32,000 bases of DNA, taken from Thermoproteus tenax Kra 1. GTDB lineage: Archaea; Thermoproteota; Thermoprotei; Thermoproteales; Thermoproteaceae. Positions 26,276 through 32,000 of this stretch are shown here, piece by piece. The notes below the pieces were generated by a model. The model did no database searches. It worked only from the letters and a program-made list of their open reading frames with translations, and was not told the origin of the DNA. Each line of letters starts with the position of its first letter. The first letter of the stretch is position 1. The DNA lies in NCBI RefSeq assembly GCF_000253055.1, contig NC_016070.1:1260001-1292000 (forward strand), written 5' to 3'. The position numbers were made by a program, and so were the translations under genes.

Positions 26276-27952
26276 CTACACCAGCTCCATGAGCTCATCT
26301 ACGCTAAGCGGCTCGCCCCACCACTTGAGGATGCTCCTTTTGAACTCGACGCCCAGCTCTTTCCTCAGATACTCGCCCAGTTGGCCTCTGTAGTTCAACT
26401 CAACGTCTATCAACGTGCTTTTCTTGCCCATGACCTCCAACGATGCCGCCTTGTTCAGAGGGTACAGATCTCTGAACACCACAGCGCCTACGCCGTCGCC
26501 TCTCGAGTAAATGAAATCTAGTATCGGCATCGCCGTAGAGCCCCAAGTTACTAAGGTGATCCCGTCGGAGCCGTAAGAGATGGGCGGGCCCATCTCCTCA
26601 GCTATTTTAGCCAGTTTGATCATCCTCTTATTGTGCATGGCTTTCCTTAGGTCAGGCAAATGGCGATCTGTTATTACGTCTCCCCTCTCGTCGTGTTCGT
26701 CGCTTGTCGCAATATACATTCCGCCGGGTACGCCTGGTATAGTCCTCGGCGACACTCCTGAGTCCGTTATCTTGTATCTCTTGAACTCCTCCCACACAAC
26801 GGGGGAGGTTACCAACTCTCCGCGCTCTATCTTGAACTTTGCCCAATCTATATCGTCGATTGTCGTAAGAGACTCGTTGAAGTAAAGATCCGTGAGGACG
26901 ATCGCAGGCGTTTGGAACTTCTCTGACAGGTTAAACGCCTTGGCTACTGCGTACAAGCCGTCCTCTATTGTGTACGGCGCTATAACTATATGCGGATACT
27001 CGCCGTGCGACGGCGAAAGGGCCGACGAGAGGTCTCCTTGCTCGGTCTCAGTCGGAAGGCCAGTGCTGGGGCCACCCCTCTGGCTCAAGAAGACTACTGC
27101 TGGCGTCTCGATCATAGCGGCAAGGCCGAAGGCCTCGTGCATTAGGTCAAAGCCGCCTCCCGAGGTGCCCGTGGCCGCTCTGACACCAGCGAATGAGGCC
27201 CCTATCACCATGTTCATGGCGGCTATCTCGTCCTCGGCCTGTACTACCGCAACTCCGAACCTGGGGCCGATCTCGGCCAAGAAGTGCATGATGGGGCTCG
27301 CCGGCGTCATGGGATATGCCGCGTAGAACCTCATGCCAGATAGCACGGCCCCTATCGCTAGAGCCTCTGCGCCGGATAACAACACTTTGGCGGGAGCTAC
27401 TTTCTCCATACTCAAAATACTTCCAGCTGCCTTCACTGCATGGTCGTAGCCAAGTTGTGCCGCCTCAATATTCCTTTCCACGATCTTGTCCCCTTTCTCG
27501 CCGAACTCTCTTGCTAGCGCGTCCGAGAGAACGCGCGAGCTGACGCCGAGTAGGCCTAGGAGTGCTCCGACTGCTACTACGTTTTTCATTATTTTATCTC
27601 CCGCTTTGACTGCGTACTCCGAAAGAGGGACTGGAACATCGCCCTTGCGTTGAGGGGAGCCTCCGTCGCTTGAGTCAAAGACCGCGTAGGATGCCTTGTC
27701 CCTATAGGCCGCCAAGGCGTTTCTGTTGAGCGCAACCAGTATATCAATTGTCCTCCAGCGCCCGTGGCTGTAGATCTTGCGATCCGATGCTCTGATCTGG
27801 TAAAACATAGTCGGATTTCCCTTTATTATTGAGGCATATTGTCTGTAGGCATATACGTGGTAGCCCAGCTGAGAGAATATCGTCGCGACCAGCCTTCCGG
27901 CCGACTCAACTCCCTCGCCTTGGGCGCCGCTTATTCTGACAGTTATTTCCAT
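26276..27952 (-). CDS. 2-oxoacid:ferredoxin oxidoreductase, fused gamma/alpha subunit
   Basis: N-term GAQGEGVESAGRL gamma domain, then AAYPMTPASPIMHFLAEI (YPITP-like motif), GTSGGGFDLMHEAFGLA; ORF opens at 27973, ATG at 27952 preferred. Confidence 0.92.
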   Translation of the reverse strand: MEITVRISGAQGEGVESAGRLVATIFSQLGYHVYAYRQYASIIKGNPTMFYQIRASDRKIYSHGRWRTIDILVALNRNALAAYRDKASYAVFDSSDGGSPQRKGDVPVPLSEYAVKAGDKIMKNVVAVGALLGLLGVSSRVLSDALAREFGEKGDKIVERNIEAAQLGYDHAVKAAGSILSMEKVAPAKVLLSGAEALAIGAVLSGMRFYAAYPMTPASPIMHFLAEIGPRFGVAVVQAEDEIAAMNMVIGASFAGVRAATGTSGGGFDLMHEAFGLAAMIETPAVVFLSQRGGPSTGLPTETEQGDLSSALSPSHGEYPHIVIAPYTIEDGLYAVAKAFNLSEKFQTPAIVLTDLYFNESLTTIDDIDWAKFKIERGELVTSPVVWEEFKRYKITDSGVSPRTIPGVPGGMYIATSDEHDERGDVITDRHLPDLRKAMHNKRMIKLAKIAEEMGPPISYGSDGITLVTWGSTAMPILDFIYSRGDGVGAVVFRDLYPLNKAASLEVMGKKSTLIDVELNYRGQLGEYLRKELGVEFKRSILKWWGEPLSVDELMELV

Positions 27953-28154
27953 GAACCAAAATTCGTTTTTCATTAATATTCATTATCATTTCAGCTTACT
28001 GCCGACGTCGCAAATTTATATTGTAAGGAGAGCTTGTATAAACAGTGTAGACATCAAGAATCCACTCGACATTTGACTAGAAAGATGCAATAAAGCCTTC
28101 CGATAAACCCTATAAAAAGGTTCCACTCGGGGCTAGTTCACAGCGTGGACTTAA

Positions 28155-28184
28155 ACGTTCACTCGCTATTCTCGCCGTGAACGT
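28155..28184. promoter_or_regulatory. Perfect 8-bp inverted repeat ACGTTCAC-N14-GTGAACGT just upstream of a TATA box
   Basis: Arms 28155-28162 and 28177-28184; TATA-like tccttttata at 28191-28200. Confidence 0.45.
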
Positions 28185-28220
28185 TCGGGATCCTTTTATA
28201 CATGTCGGACTCGGATGTCG

Positions 28221-28619
28221 ATGATTTTGATCGACTATGATCCCCGGACTGGCGTGGGGCTCGCCGCCACGGGCAAAGCCGCGTGCGGACAAATTGAGGT
28301 AAGGCCGATCAAGATTCCGCCACCGCCTATCTCGCCTCCCCTCAGAGCCGGAATACTTCGTTCTCCTAATGGAGGCTTAGCCTTGATAAGCCCCGCGCCG
28401 ACCTCTGAGGCCGATCTAGTGCTCGAGAACATAGATTATGCGATCGAGGGCGAGATAAGGAGGGGGATACTGACAGGAGTAGCGTGCGGCAGGAAGATCA
28501 AGGCCAAGTCCTATGTGCCCTACGAGGGCCCTCTGTTGGGCCTCGTCCCTGTCAAAAGGCTTGGAGATTTCCCCAGGGCTGTTTTCAGAATGCTGATCTA
28601 TCGCCTTGCGCTACCCTGA
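28221..28619 (+). CDS. Small protein of unknown function
   Basis: ORF 28215..28619; TATA box at about 28196 is 25 nt from ATG 28221, a leaderless start. Confidence 0.6.
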   Translation: MILIDYDPRTGVGLAATGKAACGQIEVRPIKIPPPPISPPLRAGILRSPNGGLALISPAPTSEADLVLENIDYAIEGEIRRGILTGVACGRKIKAKSYVPYEGPLLGLVPVKRLGDFPRAVFRMLIYRLALP

Positions 28620-28625
28620 GGGTGG

Positions 28626-29165
28626 TCACTTGAAGATCTCCTTGAATATGGACTCGAAAACTTTGTAAAGTTCGTCGGTGTATAGACAAACAATGATCCG
28701 CCTAACGCTTCTCAGCCTCGGCGCCACCTCCTTGATGGCCTCCAAGGTGAGTTTGGCGGCCTCTCGGTAGGGACAGCCAAATATACCTGTGCTTATCGCT
28801 GGAAGCGCCACGCTGCTCAGCCCGAGCTCGTCGGCCTTCAGCACAGCGTTCGCCACGGCGTCCTTTATCTTCTCCACGGGCTCTCTGCCGCAGCGGGGGC
28901 CCACTGCGTGTATCACGTACTTGGCCTTTAGCGCGCCCGCCGAGGTCACCGCTACGCCTCCCACAGGCACGGGGCCGTAGCGCCTTATCCACTCCCTGCT
29001 CTCCTCTTGTATTATGGGGCCTCCCTTCCTGACTATGGCCCCAGCGACCCCGCCCCCGTGCTCTAGATATGAGTTAGCCGCGTTGACTATTGCGTCGACC
29101 TCCAACTCGGTGATATCTCCTTTCACGAGCTCGACCTTAACTCCATTGGGGAGGTTGAACTCCAT
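28626..29165 (-). CDS. Macrodomain protein (Appr-1''-p / O-acetyl-ADP-ribose processing)
   Basis: [54 protein letters not shown]. Confidence 0.93.
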   Translation of the reverse strand: MEFNLPNGVKVELVKGDITELEVDAIVNAANSYLEHGGGVAGAIVRKGGPIIQEESREWIRRYGPVPVGGVAVTSAGALKAKYVIHAVGPRCGREPVEKIKDAVANAVLKADELGLSSVALPAISTGIFGCPYREAAKLTLEAIKEVAPRLRSVRRIIVCLYTDELYKVFESIFKEIFK

Positions 29166-29233
29166 GTCTTATGGGAGATCTTTTTAAAATAAGCGCAGAA
29201 AAGAATAAAAATCGACCAGTAGTAACCATGCCG

Positions 29234-29341
29234 AGCCCGGTCGTCTAGCGGCCAAAGGACCCAGCCCGGCTACGGATGCGGGGCTTTGGAGCCGCAAGGC
29301 GGAGAAACCCCGTGGCCCGGGTTCGAATCCCGGCCGGGCTA
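29234..29341 (+). tRNA. tRNA-Gln (anticodon UUG) with two putative introns, 29256-29273 (about 18 nt, D arm) and 29290-29306 (17 nt, 37/38)
   Basis: Acceptor AGCCCGG/CCGGGCT + A73; D arm GTCT...GGAT; anticodon arm CGGGG-CTTTGGA-CCCCG; T arm CCGGG-TTCGAAT-CCCGG; mature length 73 nt after removing 35 nt. Confidence 0.9.
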
Positions 29342-29368
29342 CTCATTTTTATATAGAGTAATAGAGGA

Positions 29369-30268
29369 GTGAGGACAAAAGAGGTCCTCAGCGGAGTATA
29401 CAAGGTCGATCTGGAGCCGGGCGGGTTCTCCGACCTAGTGTCCGTCTATATCGTTGACTCGGGCATAGGGCTTCTTGTATTCGAGGGGGGTCCCTCGTGC
29501 TCCCAGAGCGATTTGACAATGGCGGTTAGATCGCTTGGGAAGCCTCCGACCCACGTCTTCCTTACACACGTCCACATAGATCACTACGGGGCCGCCGGCG
29601 CGCTTGTAGAACTTAACCATGATGTCCAGTACTACGTGCATCCGAGGGGGGCCAAGGTGCTCCCCAATCCAGATATAATCTGGGCGCCCGCCAAAGAAGC
29701 CATGGGATGGCTGGGCGAGCTCTATGGCCGCCCCCTTGAGATTCCTCAGAAGAACATAAAGGTCACTGAGGATGGGGAGGAGATACAAATTGGAGATGTC
29801 TCAGTGGAGGTAATCCACACGCCTGGGCACGCGAGCCATCACCAGTCCTTCTTAGTGAGGCCTTGGGATATGTTGGTCGTAGGCGATGCAGCCGGCATCT
29901 ATGTGAGATCCCTCGATTACATAATTCCCACCACCATGGAGCCTCTGAGACTGGACTTGTATATAGAAAGTATAAGGAGGCTGTTGGACATGGGCCCCAG
30001 ATACATAGCCTACACCCACCACGATCTAGTGGGCGACGCGGCGGGGCTCTTGAGCAGACATCTTTCGCAAATCGAGATTTGGAGCAAAGCGGCCGAGGAA
30101 GCCGCGAGAGAGAGGCTCACACCCGCCGAGCTGGAGGGCATCCTCGTCGAAAGGGATCAGAGCCTCCGGAGGGTCTATTCGGACCTCAAGGGGCTAAGAG
30201 CCCACTACCATCTGTTCCAGATGGCTATTAGCGGTTTATTAAATTATTATAGAAATTTAGGGAAATAA
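29369..30268 (+). CDS. MBL-fold (beta-lactamase-like) metallohydrolase
   Basis: FLTHVHIDHYGAAG (HxHxDH), HTPGHASHHQSF, VGDAAG; GTG start. Confidence 0.88.
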   Translation: MRTKEVLSGVYKVDLEPGGFSDLVSVYIVDSGIGLLVFEGGPSCSQSDLTMAVRSLGKPPTHVFLTHVHIDHYGAAGALVELNHDVQYYVHPRGAKVLPNPDIIWAPAKEAMGWLGELYGRPLEIPQKNIKVTEDGEEIQIGDVSVEVIHTPGHASHHQSFLVRPWDMLVVGDAAGIYVRSLDYIIPTTMEPLRLDLYIESIRRLLDMGPRYIAYTHHDLVGDAAGLLSRHLSQIEIWSKAAEEAARERLTPAELEGILVERDQSLRRVYSDLKGLRAHYHLFQMAISGLLNYYRNLGK

Positions 30269-30856
30269 CTTTTTATTTAGTAATTCATATAAACTTTTTA
30301 TATGAATTATACCGTCTTTACAGATTCTTCCATCTCTAGAGATACAGACTGGCACTGCCCCGGCCGATAGCGCCATCTCCACATCGTATTGTGTGTCGCC
30401 AACAACAATCATGTCCCGAGGGCTGACCCCAAACCTACTGGCTACAACGTACAGCGGATCGGGGTTGGGCTTGCCTCTGGGCACCTCGTCCCCTCCCAAC
30501 AAGAAGTCTACGTAGCGACTCAGACCTGTCCTCTCAAGGACTGCGCGAGCCAAGACTGCGTTGGACGATGTAACTACAGCTATTGGGCGCCGCAGGCCGG
30601 CCAGAGCTTCAACGTCTTCAAAGGGTTTGACCAACGATATGTAGTCCTCCAGAAAGAGGCGTTTCTTCAGCTCCATGAGCTCCGAGGCTCTGGGGCCCGC
30701 TATTATCTCGGCTATCTTTGGGGCGGGCAATCCTATTAACGCCCTCATCTCCTCCCTGCTTATTGGACGGCCGAACCTTCTGGCCGCCTCTCTCCAAGCC
30801 TCAACGTGGGCCTCTACTGAGTCTACCAACGTCCCGTCTAGATCGAAGATGTACAC
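30257..30856 (-). CDS. HAD-superfamily phosphatase (phosphoglycolate phosphatase-like)
   Basis: FDLDGTLVDSVEAH, VVTSSN, GKPNPDPLY, VVGDTQYDVEMALSAGA. Confidence 0.88.
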   Translation of the reverse strand: MYIFDLDGTLVDSVEAHVEAWREAARRFGRPISREEMRALIGLPAPKIAEIIAGPRASELMELKKRLFLEDYISLVKPFEDVEALAGLRRPIAVVTSSNAVLARAVLERTGLSRYVDFLLGGDEVPRGKPNPDPLYVVASRFGVSPRDMIVVGDTQYDVEMALSAGAVPVCISRDGRICKDGIIHIKSLYELLNKKLFP

Positions 30857-30940
30857 GCAGCAGATAATTCTTAGGCTTAAAATCAGCTACGCGCCGATGC
30901 GATATCAGTAAGATTTATTAAGATTAACATTGAAAAAACT

Positions 30941-31690
30941 ATGTCACTAGACTTCAATAAAGCCAATGAACTACTTTATAAAGGGTATCTATACCAATTA
31001 ATACTAGCCATAGTGGCGATAATAGCTATCTTCGCCGCGGCGATCGCCGCGGCGACTGCAGTGATAGCTTCTTCCGGAGTGTTGCCGCCTTCGTACCCGT
31101 ATGGATCATCCTCATCAGGTCTGGCCTCCATAATTGGAGCCCTTGTTGGCATAATTATTGTAGCAATTATATTTATCGTTATAGGTTTAATTATATTCTT
31201 TAAATATATATTTAAAGGATATATAGGACTCCATAAACTTGGAGTCAAGTGGGCCTTCTGGCTCGCCTGGGGCCCCATCATTGAGTTGATATTAGCCATA
31301 GTCGCCGTAGCTCTCTTCTTTGCGTTTATTTCCTCAATAGCTTCAGCCTTGGGCCCAGGCCTTGCTGAAAGTCCGTTTTCGATATTTGCCGCAGCTGTCC
31401 CCGTCTTGGCAGTGGTAGTAGTTCTACTGGCGTTTTCGGTCTTTATAGATGTGGCCAAAATATTGTTCCTCAAGAACATGTACGACATCACCAAGATAGG
31501 CGAGTTCAATATAGCGTTCGTTCTGACGATAGTGGCACTGGCACTGTCTCTGGCCTCATATACCGGCGGGCTACTCGGCGTCGCGGCCGGCATCGTGGAG
31601 CTAATAGAATATATCTTTGAGATGTTGGCGTATAGAGGGGCCTCCCGCATGCACCCGCCGCCTCTGCCCGCGCAGCCTCAGTCACCATAG
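30941..31690 (+). CDS. Multi-spanning membrane protein (possibly DUF973-like), function unknown
   Basis: About 5-6 hydrophobic segments, Pro/Gln-rich tail MHPPPLPAQPQSP; TATA-like gatttattaa 25 nt before ATG. Confidence 0.65.
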   Translation: MSLDFNKANELLYKGYLYQLILAIVAIIAIFAAAIAAATAVIASSGVLPPSYPYGSSSSGLASIIGALVGIIIVAIIFIVIGLIIFFKYIFKGYIGLHKLGVKWAFWLAWGPIIELILAIVAVALFFAFISSIASALGPGLAESPFSIFAAAVPVLAVVVVLLAFSVFIDVAKILFLKNMYDITKIGEFNIAFVLTIVALALSLASYTGGLLGVAAGIVELIEYIFEMLAYRGASRMHPPPLPAQPQSP

Positions 31691-32000
31691 CGCCGTAGTC
31701 AGCAAGAGGGACCTAAGCGCTCTAATTTTGGCCAAACGCCTCACGTATTCGACGGCCGCCTCTCTGATCTCCCTTTCGCTATAGTCCCCAACTGTCCGGC
31801 CCCGGATGGCCCCCTTGGGCGTATAGATCACGCCGCGCCCCGGCAGATAGAAGACGTCGGCGTACCGGGAGTCCTCGAACGACGCAATTCTCTGGACAGA
31901 TCTTGTCCTCCCCCCGCGGCTCTCGATGGATCTCAACACAAATAGGCCGCCCGCGGGGGCACCTCGGAGAACAGACGCAAGTAGAGCCAGAGGGTCCGTC
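31682..32000 (-). CDS. C-terminal part of an uncharacterised protein that runs off the window
   Basis: The frame of ORF 31682..31939 stays open to the window edge (TDPLALLASVLRGAPAGGLFV upstream of LRSIESRGG...). Confidence 0.5.
   Translation of the reverse strand, partial: TDPLALLASVLRGAPAGGLFVLRSIESRGGRTRSVQRIASFEDSRYADVFYLPGRGVIYTPKGAIRGRTVGDYSEREIREAAVEYVRRLAKIRALRSLLLTTALW

Noticed and set aside
28051-28100. Possible CRISPR repeat/leader remnant (gaatccactcgacatttgactagaaag)
   Set aside because: Single copy with no direct repeats or spacers nearby; only superficial resemblance to Thermoproteales repeats ending in GAAAG.
1-32000. Defence island, prophage or integrative element
   Set aside because: No integrase, restriction, toxin-antitoxin, Cas or phage genes were recognisable; no direct repeat of the tRNA-Gln 3' end was noticed that would mark an integration site.

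Overview
GC-rich, gene-dense archaeal chromosome segment, probably Thermoproteales (Pyrobaculum/Thermoproteus-like, inferred from TATA-box plus leaderless GTG/ATG starts, tiny tRNA introns and protein styles). Recognisable genes: Lhr-type helicase; a four-gene overlapping operon (MFS transporter, acyl-CoA synthetase, class III CoA-transferase, CitE-like lyase); a Trm9-like methyltransferase followed by Elp3; a beta-propeller surface protein; a lone SufB/D-like protein; Nudix hydrolase; topoisomerase III; XPD helicase; FAD-dependent amino-acid dehydrogenase next to an amino-acid permease broken by two frameshifts; TmcA; 2-oxoacid:ferredoxin oxidoreductase (beta and fused gamma/alpha); macrodomain protein; MBL hydrolase; HAD phosphatase; and small or unknown membrane proteins. 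RNA highlights read directly from sequence: a tRNA-Gln(UUG) gene that folds only if two introns (about 18 nt in the D arm, 17 nt at 37/38) are removed; two candidate C/D box sRNAs on the minus strand at about 3.45-3.50 kb and 3.78-3.84 kb; and two further structured intergenic regions with their own TATA-like boxes. I found no CRISPR array, intact transposon, prophage or obvious defence island. No multi-gene system here is clearly unprecedented. The most notable items are the Trm9-like/Elp3 pair, the two-intron tRNA, the sRNA candidates and the organic-acid operon.
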